Below are positions 41,267-51,378 of a stretch of 64,000 nucleotides of DNA, piece by piece; within the stretch, counting starts at the first letter, position 1; every line of letters begins with the position of its first letter. The notes under the pieces are model-generated. The model made no database searches. It was not told the origin of the DNA and saw nothing but the letters and a program-made list of their open reading frames with translations. This stretch comes from Halorussus marinus (GTDB lineage Archaea; Halobacteriota; Halobacteria; Halobacteriales; Haladaptataceae), in assembly GCF_004765795.1 (NCBI RefSeq), contig NZ_SBIV01000005.1:1-64000 (forward strand), in the 5' to 3' direction. The translations under genes and the position numbers were made by a program.

Positions 41267-41821
41267 CTACCGCGACGCGACTATCAGCACCGTCTCGGGA
41301 CGTTCGTCCGCCCGCTCCACGTCGAAGCCCGCGGATTCGAGCAGTTCGACCGCCTCGTCGCGATCGTAGCGCTCCGCGACCGGGGGCCCGCTCTCCCCGC
41401 GGCCCGCCCCCGACCAGTCGGCGACCACGAATCGCCCGCCGTCCCGGAGCACGCGTGCGACTTCCGAGACGGCGGCCTCGCTCGCGAACTCGTGGAACGT
41501 CATCGTCGAGAACGCGCCGTCGAGGTCGCCGTCGCCGAACGGCAGGTCCGCGACGTCGGCCGTCACGAGCGAGACGTCCTCCGGGAGGCCCTTCTCGCGG
41601 TAGGCGTCGTGCATCGCGGACTGGACGTCCACCGCGCGGATCTCTCCCGCGAACGGGGCCACGTCGTCGGTGTAGAAGCCGGTCCCGCTCCCGAGGTCCG
41701 CGAGCGCGGCGTCCGGCTCGGGGTCGATCGCCTCGACCAGTTCCTCGCGGGAGAGGTAGCGGTAGCGCGATTCGTCTTCGAGCTTGTCGGCACGGTCGGC
41801 GTCGAACGTGTGGAACCCCAT
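41267..41821 (-). CDS. Class I SAM-dependent methyltransferase
   Basis: DLGSGTG, AVD, LPFGDG, HE, RVLRDGG. Confidence 0.9.
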   Translation of the reverse strand: MGFHTFDADRADKLEDESRYRYLSREELVEAIDPEPDAALADLGSGTGFYTDDVAPFAGEIRAVDVQSAMHDAYREKGLPEDVSLVTADVADLPFGDGDLDGAFSTMTFHEFASEAAVSEVARVLRDGGRFVVADWSGAGRGESGPPVAERYDRDEAVELLESAGFDVERADERPETVLIVASR

Positions 41822-41822
41822 C

Positions 41823-42254
41823 TCAGGCGTGGCGCTCCACTACCCGGGTCAGGCTCTGTTCGTCCTGCATCCCGACGAGCTGTTCGACCTGCTCGCCGTC
41901 GGCGAACACGACGAGGGTCGGAACGCTCCGGACGCCGTACTGGGACGCGAGCCCCTGGTGTTGGTCGACGTCGACCTTCGCGACCGTGGCCGGGGTGGTC
42001 TCGGCGACCGACGCCACGACGGGTTCGAGCATCTTGCACGGGCCACACCAGTCCGCGTAGAAGTCGACGAGCACGACGCCGTCGCCGCTCGTGATCTCGG
42101 AGAACTGCTCGACGCTCTCGACGTGGACGGGTTCGTCGGTCGATCCCACCCCGTCGGTCGCATCGGTTCGGGTCTCGGAGCCGGCGTCGGAGCGCTCGCC
42201 GGCGAGCTGTTCGCGCTTTCGCTCGCGGATGGCTTCGAGTTCGTCGTCGGTCAT
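41823..42254 (-). CDS. trxA: Thioredoxin
   Basis: DFYADWCGPC, VRSVPT; haloarchaeal DELEAIRERK N-terminus. Confidence 0.93.
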   Translation of the reverse strand: MTDDELEAIRERKREQLAGERSDAGSETRTDATDGVGSTDEPVHVESVEQFSEITSGDGVVLVDFYADWCGPCKMLEPVVASVAETTPATVAKVDVDQHQGLASQYGVRSVPTLVVFADGEQVEQLVGMQDEQSLTRVVERHA

Positions 42255-42471
42255 CGTCCGTACTTGTCGCCCGACGGCATTAACTGTTGTGCAAATTTCC
42301 TGCAATACTGACGATCGCCGATGGTGGTCCCGACCCCGCCCACGGAGCGTCGGCGGTGCAGGCGGTCGGTTTCGGGGGCGACGCCGGGCCCGGGAGACAG
42401 CGAGACGGAAGCTCCCCGGCGGCGTTTGCTCGTGCCCGTACGTTGATGTGGCACGCATCCCACGGATCGGT

Positions 42472-44565
42472 ATGAGCGAACCCCTCGACGTCGAGGACTT
42501 CTACGGGCTGACCCTCCTGACCGACGTGGCCGTCTCGCCGACGGGCGAGCGCGTCGCGTTCGTCGCCGACGAGTTCGACCGCACCGAAGACGACCGCCGG
42601 AGCTCGCTCTTCGTCGCGCCCGCCGACGGCGCACGCGACCCCACGCGGCTCTCGCGGGCGTCGGACGCGAGCGTTCCCGCGTGGAGCCCGGACGGCACGA
42701 AACTGGGGTTCGTCGCGGCCCGAGAGACCGACGCCGAACTCGCAGTCTCGCGGGCCGACGGTGACGACGACGAGCCGTCGGACGACGAGGAGCGAGTCGA
42801 CGCCGGCGCCGACGAGCCGAAACCGCAGGTCTGGGCGTTCGATCTGGAGCGCGGCGGGGACGCCCGCCAGCTCACCGACTTCGAGGAGGGCGTCGAGTCG
42901 TTCGACTGGGGACCCGCGGGCGAGCGGCTCGCGGTCGCGGCCCGTGACCCGACAGAGGACCAACGCGAGTACCTGACTGCCCGCCGCGAGGACGACGCCC
43001 CGATCGAGACCGAGCGCCTCCAGCACAAGTACGACGGGAAGGGCTGGCTCGACGAGGTGCGGACCTATCTGTTCGTGGTCGATTGTGAGAGCCGGGAGGC
43101 CGACCGGCTCGACGACGCCCACGGCGGGGGCGCCCACGAGCCCGCGATCGGCCTCCAACCGGCGTGGTCGCCCGACGGATCGACGATCGCCTTCCTCTCG
43201 AACCGGACCGACCGCCCCGACGACAACTACGTGATGGACGTGTACGCGATCGCACCCGACGGCGAGGACCTCCGGCGGGTGACCGACGGCGACCTCACCG
43301 CGTCGCGTCTCCGGTGGCACCCGGACGGCGACCGGCTCGCGTTCGTCGGCGGCGACCCCGAGAACTGGTACGACCCCGACCGGGTCTACGTCGCCGAGCG
43401 CGACGCCCCGGCAGACGCCTCGGGCGAGACCGACGCGGGTCGGCTCGGCGCGCCGGCGTCGCGATCTGGCGACCTCGACCGCACCGTCGCCCGCTACGGC
43501 GCGCCGGGCTGGGACGGCGACGACGTGATCGTGCCGATCGGCGACGAGGGACTGACCCGACTCGCACGGTTCACCCTGGAAGGCGACCCCGAGCGGACGT
43601 TCGACGCGCAGGGCCGGGATCGAACGATCGAGGGGTTCGACCTCCGGGGCGGTCGCGCCGCGGTCGTGCTCTCGGACCCGGCGGCCGGAACCGACGTGTT
43701 CAGCGCGCCCGCCGTCGATCTCGACTCGGCGGAGCCGACCCGCGTCTCGGCGGTCAACGAGGAGCTCGTCGGGGGCGCTCGGACGCCGGAGTGTCGTCGC
43801 ATCACCGTCGAATCCGACGGGGCCGAGATCGACGTGCTGGCCTACCTGCCCCCGGAGTACGACCCCGACGACCCAGACGCCGACCCCCGCCCGCTGGTCG
43901 CCTCGATCCACGGTGGCCCGATCGCGTACGACGCGCCGACGTTCTCGTTCGACTACGCTCACCTGACCGGTCAGGGGTACGTCGTCGCCCGGACGAACTA
44001 CCGCGGGAGCTCCTCGTACGGCCGCGAGTTCAGCGAGCAGATCCGCGGCGAGTGGGGGCCCCGCGAGCGCGACGACGTGCTCGCGGCCGTCGACGAACTG
44101 GTCGACCGGGGCTGGGTCGACGACGAGCGGTGTTTCGCCACCGGGTTCTCCTACGGCGCGATGACGACGGGGTATCTGGTGACCGCGAGCGACCGGTTTG
44201 CGGCGGCCGCCGCCGAGCACGGCATCTACGACTTCCGGTCGTCGTTCGGCACCGACGACAGCCACGTCTGGTGGGAGAACGACTACGGCCTGCCGTGGGA
44301 CAACCCCGAGGGCTACGACGCGAGTTCGAGCCTCGTCGACGCGGGCGAGATCGACACCCCCCTGCTGGTGACCGCGGGCGGCGAGGACTGGCGGTGTCCG
44401 CCCTCCCAGTCCGAACAGCTCTACGTCAGCGTCAAGAAACAGGACGTGCCGGCTCGACTCGTCGTCTACCCGGACGAGCACCACGCCATCGGCGACCCCG
44501 ACCGGGCGATCCACCGGCTCGAAGAGCTGACCGACTGGTTCGAGCGCCACGACCCCGACGCGTAG
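42472..44565 (+). CDS. S9 family (acylaminoacyl/prolyl oligo)peptidase
   Basis: WSPDG propeller repeats, IHGGP, GFSYG nucleophile, DWRCP, EHH. Confidence 0.93.
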   Translation: MSEPLDVEDFYGLTLLTDVAVSPTGERVAFVADEFDRTEDDRRSSLFVAPADGARDPTRLSRASDASVPAWSPDGTKLGFVAARETDAELAVSRADGDDDEPSDDEERVDAGADEPKPQVWAFDLERGGDARQLTDFEEGVESFDWGPAGERLAVAARDPTEDQREYLTARREDDAPIETERLQHKYDGKGWLDEVRTYLFVVDCESREADRLDDAHGGGAHEPAIGLQPAWSPDGSTIAFLSNRTDRPDDNYVMDVYAIAPDGEDLRRVTDGDLTASRLRWHPDGDRLAFVGGDPENWYDPDRVYVAERDAPADASGETDAGRLGAPASRSGDLDRTVARYGAPGWDGDDVIVPIGDEGLTRLARFTLEGDPERTFDAQGRDRTIEGFDLRGGRAAVVLSDPAAGTDVFSAPAVDLDSAEPTRVSAVNEELVGGARTPECRRITVESDGAEIDVLAYLPPEYDPDDPDADPRPLVASIHGGPIAYDAPTFSFDYAHLTGQGYVVARTNYRGSSSYGREFSEQIRGEWGPRERDDVLAAVDELVDRGWVDDERCFATGFSYGAMTTGYLVTASDRFAAAAAEHGIYDFRSSFGTDDSHVWWENDYGLPWDNPEGYDASSSLVDAGEIDTPLLVTAGGEDWRCPPSQSEQLYVSVKKQDVPARLVVYPDEHHAIGDPDRAIHRLEELTDWFERHDPDA

Positions 44566-44592
44566 GTCGACGCGTCAGGGACGCGGGTCAGA

Positions 44593-44952
44593 TCACGCCG
44601 ACTCGGGGGCGACCGTCTCGGACTCCTCGACGTCGGGACGGGGTCCGTGAACGACGTGGTTCCCGTCGGCCCGGACCTCGACCCGGCACCCCCGCAACTC
44701 GAACACGACCCGTCCCCGAGTCCGCGGCCGTCCGTCGCACCGGTCGTCGAACAGCCGCCCGAGGGCGTCCGGATCGATCACGTCGTACAGCACGAACTCC
44801 TCGTCGGTCGGCTCGCAGTCGGTGATCGCCGCGACCGCCCGCGGGACGCTGACGGCCGGATCGTCGGCGTCGGTTGCGATTCGGTACGCCGGCCGCTCGC
44901 CGCGGTCGAGCGACGGTTCGCGTTCCACGTAGTGTGTCGTCGCGTCTCTCAT
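44593..44952 (-). CDS. Stand-alone HalOD1 output-domain protein (alternative start 44991)
   Basis: LYDVIDPDALGRLF...VVFELRGCRVEV motif. Confidence 0.85.
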   Translation of the reverse strand: MRDATTHYVEREPSLDRGERPAYRIATDADDPAVSVPRAVAAITDCEPTDEEFVLYDVIDPDALGRLFDDRCDGRPRTRGRVVFELRGCRVEVRADGNHVVHGPRPDVEESETVAPESA

Positions 44953-45158
44953 AGTTAGATACGGACAGCCGAACTCCCGATTCCGTAGCATCTGAGAACT
45001 ACGGTATCTGATAAAAAACCCTCGGTTCGCGTTTACCGTTATCGGCTCACCACCGGAAATTACTGCCGGTAGCGTGCCGGCGGCCGGGGTTCGCGCGCTA
45101 ACTCCGGACCACTCAGCCCGTCGACTCCGAGGCTGTTAGCGCATCGACTCGGGGCCTT

Positions 45159-45494
45159 TCACTCTCTGGTCAGGATCATCGCGTCGTCGGCCGCCTGCTC
45201 GCCGACGTGCTCGCGGAACTGCTCGGCGTGGATCGCCTTCAGCCGCGAGAGCCCGTCGGGTCCGGCGTCGAGCCGCTCGCCGAACTCGGCCCAGACGTGG
45301 CTCCGGACCGAGAGGTAGTACGCGGCGTCGGTCCGGGCCACGAGCGGGTCACGGTGGAACTGGGTCCGGTAGTCGTAGACGAGATCCTCGACCGAGAGAG
45401 CCGGGAGCGCCCGGACGGCCTCCTGATGGCGGGCGACGAGCGCGCGGTCGGCCTCGTCGTCGACGTCGGGGAACGGATCGAGGGGGTCGGCCAT
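45159..45494 (-). CDS. Hypothetical protein (111 aa)
   Basis: Acidic ORF (DLVYDYR, WAEF, HAEQF) with TTTAAC upstream. Confidence 0.65.
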   Translation of the reverse strand: MADPLDPFPDVDDEADRALVARHQEAVRALPALSVEDLVYDYRTQFHRDPLVARTDAAYYLSVRSHVWAEFGERLDAGPDGLSRLKAIHAEQFREHVGEQAADDAMILTRE

Positions 45495-45601
45495 GCCCGC
45501 CGCTACGGCCGCCCCACGGTTAAACGGCGGCGGTGAGTCGGATCGATGACGGCCGCCGTCGCGACCGAACACCCCGGCGTTGGGCCCCGACGATCGGGGG
45601 T

Positions 45602-46963
45602 CTACCGTCGCGCGATCAGCACCGCGAGGACGAGCCCGACCACCGCGACGACCGGACCGAACCCGGGGACGCCGGTCGAGGGCGTCTCGGTCGCGGTCGC
45701 CGTCTCGGCCCGGAGCGCCGTGGTCGACGGATCGTCGCCGCCCGGGGTGTCGGTCGTCGCTCGGTCGGTCGTCTCGGCGTCAGTCGCGTTCGGCGACCCG
45801 ATCCGGACCAGCCAGCCGTCCCGGCCGTCGGCGTCGGCGCCGCCGGTCTGGCCCGCGAGCAGGTAGCCGCCGTCGTGGCCGCGGATCGCGGGCCACGGCT
45901 TGTCCCACCCCGAGGTGCCGTAGTACGACTCGTCTGTGACCCGACCGTCGGCGTCTGTCGCGACGACGTAGCCGTCCGCGCTCCCGTCGGGACCCGCGTT
46001 CGAGCTTCCGGTGAACAGGAAGCCCTCCTCGGTCCGCATCGCCGAGTCGAGCCACTGGGTGCCGTTCCCGCCCGGCCTGCGCTCCCACGCGACCGAGCCG
46101 TTCGCGCCGACCTTCACGAGCCACCCGTCGCGCGGGCCGGTGGCGTTGCTCTCGGTCTCGCCGGCGAACACGAAGCCGCCGTCGGCGGGCGCGGCCGCCC
46201 ACACGTCGTCCCTGCTGGCCCCGCCCGCGGTCGTCTGCCACTGCTCGGCGCCGTCGGCGCCGATCGCGAGCGCCCACCCGTCGTCGGTCTCGCCCTCGAC
46301 CTTGCCGGCGAGGTAGTACCCCGACTCACGGGGCACGATCGCGCGGAGGTAGCCGTCGCCGTACCGCTCGGGGGTCGGGTACGCCTCGGTCCACTCGGTC
46401 GATCGGTTCTCGTCGAGCCTGAGCGCCACGCCCTCGCGGCGGTCGCTCCGGGTCCACCCCGCGAGGAGGTAGCCCGAATCGTCGGCTTCGAGCGCGTAGA
46501 AAGCGCCCGCCGACGGCGTCCGTTCCGCGACGACCTCGCCGTCGGGCCCGACCTCGACGATCCAGCCCCGCGGGCTCTCGTCCCGATCGGTCCGGCCCGC
46601 CAGAACGTAGCCGTCCTCGGCCCGCGCGACCCCGTAGAAGCGGTCGGTGCCCGACTCGCCGTAGGTGCGCTCCCACTCGATCTCGCCCTCGGCGTCGGTC
46701 TTGACGACCCATCCGTCGCGGTCCTCGCCGCCGGCCCACCCGACCGCGAGGTAGCCGCCGTCGTCGGTTCGGACCAGGTCCGCGAAGGTGTCGTCGCCCT
46801 CGCCCCCGTGGGTCCGTTGCCACTGTTCGGGGAGGTCGGGGCGGGCGAGCGTCTCGGCGTCTCCGTGGCCGGCGTCGGCGGCGCTCGTGGCGATCGCGGG
46901 CAGGGCGGCGGCCAGCCCCGCGCCGACGACGAGCGCCGTCAGCACCGCTGCGAGCAGTCTCAT
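45602..46963 (-). CDS. Secreted beta-propeller-repeat surface protein with PGF-CTERM anchor
   Basis: Signal peptide, repeated DGGY..AG / W.RTYG units, Thr-rich linker, C-terminal PGFGPVVAVVGLVLAVLIARR. Confidence 0.88.
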   Translation of the reverse strand: MRLLAAVLTALVVGAGLAAALPAIATSAADAGHGDAETLARPDLPEQWQRTHGGEGDDTFADLVRTDDGGYLAVGWAGGEDRDGWVVKTDAEGEIEWERTYGESGTDRFYGVARAEDGYVLAGRTDRDESPRGWIVEVGPDGEVVAERTPSAGAFYALEADDSGYLLAGWTRSDRREGVALRLDENRSTEWTEAYPTPERYGDGYLRAIVPRESGYYLAGKVEGETDDGWALAIGADGAEQWQTTAGGASRDDVWAAAPADGGFVFAGETESNATGPRDGWLVKVGANGSVAWERRPGGNGTQWLDSAMRTEEGFLFTGSSNAGPDGSADGYVVATDADGRVTDESYYGTSGWDKPWPAIRGHDGGYLLAGQTGGADADGRDGWLVRIGSPNATDAETTDRATTDTPGGDDPSTTALRAETATATETPSTGVPGFGPVVAVVGLVLAVLIARR

Positions 46964-47070
46964 GCGCGTCACTCGACGCTCGACGGTGTTTGTTATGGGC
47001 CGGCTGTACGGGCGTAGGCGGAGCCTGTCGCATCCAAAAGCGTAAACTGACTCCCTGCGAGCGTCCGGCC

Positions 47071-47484
47071 ATGTCCCGGACGGCTCTCCTGTTGGCCGGC
47101 GTCGGTATGGTAACGTGGGGCGCGTGGGTGGTGTTGGCGGACCTCGCCACCCGGACGCTCGAACCCGAGATCGCGATGGCGATCTCGTATCTCGTGGGCG
47201 CCGGCGTCGCGGTCGCGTACATCCTCTCGCAGGGCGGCGCGCCCGCGGTCACCGGGGTCGGCGCGGGCTACGCGCTCGCCGGCGGGCTGTTCTCGGGCGT
47301 CGGGGGCGTGAGCTACTACGCCGCGCTCCAGTACGGCGACGCGTCGGTCGTCTCGACGATCACCGCCCTCTACTTCGTCGTCGCGGCGGTGCTCGGGGTC
47401 CTGTTTCTCGGCGAGTCGCTCGGCGCCCGCGACGCGGTGGGGATCGCGCTCGCGGTCGGGGCCGTGGCGGTGCTCTCGACCTGA
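47071..47484 (+). CDS. EamA/DMT family small transporter
   Basis: WG.W, YYAALQYGDASVV, LFLGE motifs. Confidence 0.88.
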   Translation: MSRTALLLAGVGMVTWGAWVVLADLATRTLEPEIAMAISYLVGAGVAVAYILSQGGAPAVTGVGAGYALAGGLFSGVGGVSYYAALQYGDASVVSTITALYFVVAAVLGVLFLGESLGARDAVGIALAVGAVAVLST

Positions 47485-47522
47485 CCGCCGGCCGCGTCGG
47501 CGTGGAGCTCGACGCCCCGGAC

Positions 47523-47720
47523 TCACTCCCGTCTCCACACCTCGGGTTCGAGGTCGAACCGCCGCAGGACCGAGGGGTAGCCGAAGGCGATGGTCAGCGC
47601 CGCGATCATCCGGGGGACGAACCCGTCGACCCCGACCGCGGCGAGGACGACGACGGACGCGAAGTAAAGTAGCATCATCGCCACGAACTGCGGCAGGAGC
47701 TGTCGCCACTTCGATGTCAT
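47523..47720 (-). CDS. Small two-TM membrane protein (65 aa)
   Basis: MTSKWRQLLPQFVAM...YPSVLRRFDLEPEVW; TTTAAC upstream. Confidence 0.7.
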   Translation of the reverse strand: MTSKWRQLLPQFVAMMLLYFASVVVLAAVGVDGFVPRMIAALTIAFGYPSVLRRFDLEPEVWRRE

Positions 47721-47776
47721 ACGACTGTCGAAGGTCCCTGAGATGTTAAACGTGCGTGGGTCGCCGGCCCGCCCGG

Positions 47777-48781
47777 TCACTCGAACGCGGGGACGACCTC
47801 GCCGCCGAGGCGCTCGATGCACTCGACCATCGCGTCCGTGCCGATCCCGGGGTGGTAGGTCCGGAAGATGAAGTGGACGTCGTCGCCGAGCGCCTCGCGG
47901 TACGCGGTCAGCTCTTCTACGACGTCCTCGGGAGACCCGTAGATGGCCTGCTCGCGGAGTTCGGTTCGGCGCTCGTCGGACAGCTCTGCGACCGGTTCGT
48001 CGTCGAAGATTTCGGCGTACCGGCGCTGGAGATAGAGGTAGCCGTCCCGCATCGTCGCCCACGCCTCCTCGCGGGAATCGCCGACGAAGCCGTGCTGGAG
48101 GACGTAGACGTCGAACTCCCCGTCGAGGCCCTCCTCGTCGCGGACCCGCCGGATGTCCTCGACGCGCTTTCGCACCCCTCCGATCGAGAGCGCGGAGGGC
48201 GCACACCACGCGTCGGCGACGCGGGCGGCCCGCCGGACCGCCGGCTTGGCCGCCCCGCCGTACATGATCGGGATCGACTCGTCCGGTTTGGGGGTGACCG
48301 TCGCGTCGGGCGAGACCTCGTGAAACTGCGCGTCGTACTCGAGCGGGCCGTCGGACCACGCCGCGCGCAGGAGGTCGGTGGCGTCCCGGAGCCGGTCGAC
48401 GCGCTCCTCGCGGGGGACGCCGAACTCCTCGAACTCCCGGGGATTCGACCCGATGGCGAGCCCGAGGGTCAGCCGACCGTCCGCGAGCAGATCGACCGTG
48501 GCGGCGTCCTCGGCGAGCCGGACCGAGTCGTACAGCGGTGCGAGCGCGATACAGCTCCCGATCTCGACGTCGTCGGTCGCGGTCGCCAGCGCGCCGAGTG
48601 CGGGCATCGTCGCCGAGAGGTAGCCGTCCTCGGCGAAGTGGTGTTCGGAGACCCACGCGCTCGCGAGGCCGGCGTCGTCGACCGCCCGGCCGAGAGTCAG
48701 CATCTCCTCGTAGATGTCGCTCGTCGATCTGTCGTCGTCGGGTCGGCGCTGACAGGTGAAAAGCCCCGTGCCGATCTCCAT
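47777..48781 (-). CDS. LLM-class flavin-dependent oxidoreductase
   Basis: WVSEHH, RLAEDAATVDLL..GRLTLG, PKP, AVRRAAR. Confidence 0.92.
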   Translation of the reverse strand: MEIGTGLFTCQRRPDDDRSTSDIYEEMLTLGRAVDDAGLASAWVSEHHFAEDGYLSATMPALGALATATDDVEIGSCIALAPLYDSVRLAEDAATVDLLADGRLTLGLAIGSNPREFEEFGVPREERVDRLRDATDLLRAAWSDGPLEYDAQFHEVSPDATVTPKPDESIPIMYGGAAKPAVRRAARVADAWCAPSALSIGGVRKRVEDIRRVRDEEGLDGEFDVYVLQHGFVGDSREEAWATMRDGYLYLQRRYAEIFDDEPVAELSDERRTELREQAIYGSPEDVVEELTAYREALGDDVHFIFRTYHPGIGTDAMVECIERLGGEVVPAFE

Positions 48782-48823
48782 ACCCCGTGGTCGCTGGCCG
48801 TCGACTTAGTTTGTCGGGACCGG

Positions 48824-50098
48824 CTAGTAGTCGATTGTGGTGATCTCCTCGACGGGCCACTGGCTCAGGATCTCGACGCCGTTCTCGCGCACCACCACCA
48901 TCTCCTCGACACGGACGCCCTGCCGGTCGGCCGGCCGCATCGTCTCGACGGCCATCGTCATCCCCTCCTCGATCTCGATCGGGTGGTCGGGCGAGAGTCC
49001 GCGCCAGATCAGCGGCACCTCGTAGAGCTGGAGCCCGAGCCCGTGGGCCCAGTGGTTCGTGGTCATCTCCCAGAACTCCTCGGCGCCGTACCACTCCATC
49101 TGCTCGCCGTCCTCGTCGGGGAACCCCCGACAGATCTCGTCGGTGGTCGCGCCGGGTTCGATGCGTTCGAGCACGTCGTAGAGGTCGTCGCGGGCCTTCC
49201 GGTAGGCCTCCCGCTGGGCCGCGGTCGGGTCGCCGAGGCTGAACGTCCGGTAGTAACACGACCGATAGCCGTTGAACCCGACGTTGTAGAAGTCGGCGTA
49301 CACGAGGTCGCCGGGCCGCATCACGCGGTCGGTGGTGTTGGCCTGATGTTTGGGCCAGGTGTTCGGCCCGGAGGTGACGTAGCCGCCCTGCACCATCGCA
49401 CCGAGCCCCCAGAGCTCCTCGGTGGCCGCGCCCCACACCTCCGACTCGCGCGCGCCGGGCTTTGCGGTCTCGGTGATCCGCTGGAAGCCGGCCTCACAGA
49501 GCGCGGCGACCATCCGGAGACACTCGATCTCGTCGCGGGTCTTTATCTTCCGGGCGTCCGCCATGGCCTGCGTACACTCGTCGGGCCGAACGTCCACGCC
49601 GCGGTCCTCGAACTTCCCGATGAGCGAGCGGTTGCCCACGTCGATGCCCATCGGTTCGTTCTTCACGCCGTACTCCTCGGCCGCCTCGACGACGAGGTCG
49701 GCCATCTTGCCCGCGAGCCAGTCGCGGGCCGACTCGCGCCCCGACGCCCGCGGGACGTTGCCCAGCCCAGGCGCGGCGTACCGCACGTCGTCGAGCCACG
49801 GGCAGTTGTACCGCTGGTTGCTCGCGTGGTCGGCGGTGTCCCAGTGGACGACGTCGCCGTCCTCGGTGAGGAGGGTGTAGTGGTCGGCGCCCGACCCGCC
49901 GGTCATCGCGAGGCCGGTGACGTACCGGACGTTGGGATCGTCGACCAACAGCATGCTCCCGAGCCCGGCCTCGCGCATCCGTTCGAGCGCCCGCGCCTTG
50001 CGCTCGCGGCGCAGTCGCTGGAAGTCGATGCGCTCCTCCCAGTCGACCGCCATCGTGCCCCGGGTGCCTTCCATGAAATCGCGCTGATAGAAACCCAT
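48824..50098 (-). CDS. M24 (Xaa-Pro peptidase fold) protein with atypical active site
   Basis: NVRYVTG, RKIKTRDEI, GDLVYAD, HGLGL, AVE, GVRVEE. Confidence 0.88.
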   Translation of the reverse strand: MGFYQRDFMEGTRGTMAVDWEERIDFQRLRRERKARALERMREAGLGSMLLVDDPNVRYVTGLAMTGGSGADHYTLLTEDGDVVHWDTADHASNQRYNCPWLDDVRYAAPGLGNVPRASGRESARDWLAGKMADLVVEAAEEYGVKNEPMGIDVGNRSLIGKFEDRGVDVRPDECTQAMADARKIKTRDEIECLRMVAALCEAGFQRITETAKPGARESEVWGAATEELWGLGAMVQGGYVTSGPNTWPKHQANTTDRVMRPGDLVYADFYNVGFNGYRSCYYRTFSLGDPTAAQREAYRKARDDLYDVLERIEPGATTDEICRGFPDEDGEQMEWYGAEEFWEMTTNHWAHGLGLQLYEVPLIWRGLSPDHPIEIEEGMTMAVETMRPADRQGVRVEEMVVVRENGVEILSQWPVEEITTIDY

Positions 50099-50220
50099 GA
50101 CCGTCCGTACGCCGAGGTCTGTAATGAAAGTAAGTGGCCGTCCGGGCCGGACGCGTCCACTGCACACGCGGAGTCGGGTTCGCGCGTAGTTTTAACACCG
50201 CTCCCGACGACCACCGAATT

Positions 50221-50940
50221 ATGTACAAACACGTCGCCCTGCTCGTCCGCAAGGAGGGGCTGACCCACGAGGAGTTCGTCGACCACTGGCAGACCGAACA
50301 CGCCCCGATCGCCCGCGAGATCGACGGCGTCACGCGCTACCAGACCGTCCTGCCGACGGACCCGGGGAACGCGGAGTTCGACGGGATCGCCGAACTCTAC
50401 TTCGAGGACCTCGACGCGCTCCACGACGCGTTGGGGAGCGAGGGCTCGCGGGACTACGACCCCGAGAAAGGGACCGCGAAGGCGGCCCGCGAGGACGTCG
50501 ACAACTTTCTGGCCGTCGAGAAGCGGCCCCGATTCGTCGGCGAGGAGGTCGTCCAGAGAGACGACGTCGACGGCGACACCGACGGCCTCTACAAGCACTC
50601 GGCGTTTCTCGTCCGCAAGGAGGGGTTGACCCACGAGGAGTTCGTCGACCACTGGCAGACCGAACATACCCCGATCGCCCGCGAGATCGACGGCGTGGTC
50701 CGGTACGCCACCGTGTTGCCGACGGACCCGGAGAACGCGGAGTTCGACGGCGTCGCCGAACTCTACTTCGAGGACCTCGACGCGCTCCACGACGCGCTGG
50801 GAAGCGAGGGCTCGCGGGACTACGACCCCGAGAAAGGGACCGCGAAGGCGGCCCGCGAGGACGTCGACAACTTCCTGGCCGTCGAGGAGCGCCCCCGCTT
50901 TATCGGTCGAGAGACGGTCCAGAAAGACGACCGCTCGTAG
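50221..50940 (+). CDS. Tandem EthD-domain protein
   Basis: Two copies of RKEGLTHEEFVDHW..EH.P and FDG.AELYF. Confidence 0.9.
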   Translation: MYKHVALLVRKEGLTHEEFVDHWQTEHAPIAREIDGVTRYQTVLPTDPGNAEFDGIAELYFEDLDALHDALGSEGSRDYDPEKGTAKAAREDVDNFLAVEKRPRFVGEEVVQRDDVDGDTDGLYKHSAFLVRKEGLTHEEFVDHWQTEHTPIAREIDGVVRYATVLPTDPENAEFDGVAELYFEDLDALHDALGSEGSRDYDPEKGTAKAAREDVDNFLAVEERPRFIGRETVQKDDRS

Positions 50941-50962
50941 GTTCGTCGGTGTCGACGACCGG

Positions 50963-51301
50963 CTACGGCCGGATGTAGGCGTACCCGTCGTCTTGGAGTC
51001 GGGTGAGCTCGCCGACGCCCGAGGACACCGTCTCGACGCCGTCGACGAGATCGGACTCCGAGAGGTCCATGGTGTCGAGGGTGTTCGAACAGGCCTTGAA
51101 CGAGATCCCGGCCGCGAGCAGGTCGGCGACCGTCTCGCTCCCGTCCCCGCCCGCTGTGAGCGGCTCGATGCCCTCCGCCTGCGCGACCACCGCGATGTCG
51201 TCCATCTCGACGGTTTCGTCGTTCGAGAGGTTCTCCGCGACGGTGAGCGCGGTCTGCTGTTGGGCCTCCTCGCCGGTGATGAGGTGGAACACGGTTCGCA
51301 T
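50963..51301 (-). CDS. DsrE-family protein
   Basis: TVFH, NL, FKACSNT, VSSGVGELTRLQDDGYAYIRP. Confidence 0.85.
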   Translation of the reverse strand: MRTVFHLITGEEAQQQTALTVAENLSNDETVEMDDIAVVAQAEGIEPLTAGGDGSETVADLLAAGISFKACSNTLDTMDLSESDLVDGVETVSSGVGELTRLQDDGYAYIRP

Positions 51302-51378
51302 ACCGGAGAGACGGCGCGGTCGCGGGAAACGGTTGTGGCCGGGCCAACGCTTACGGTCCGACGCGACGACTCGGGCAC

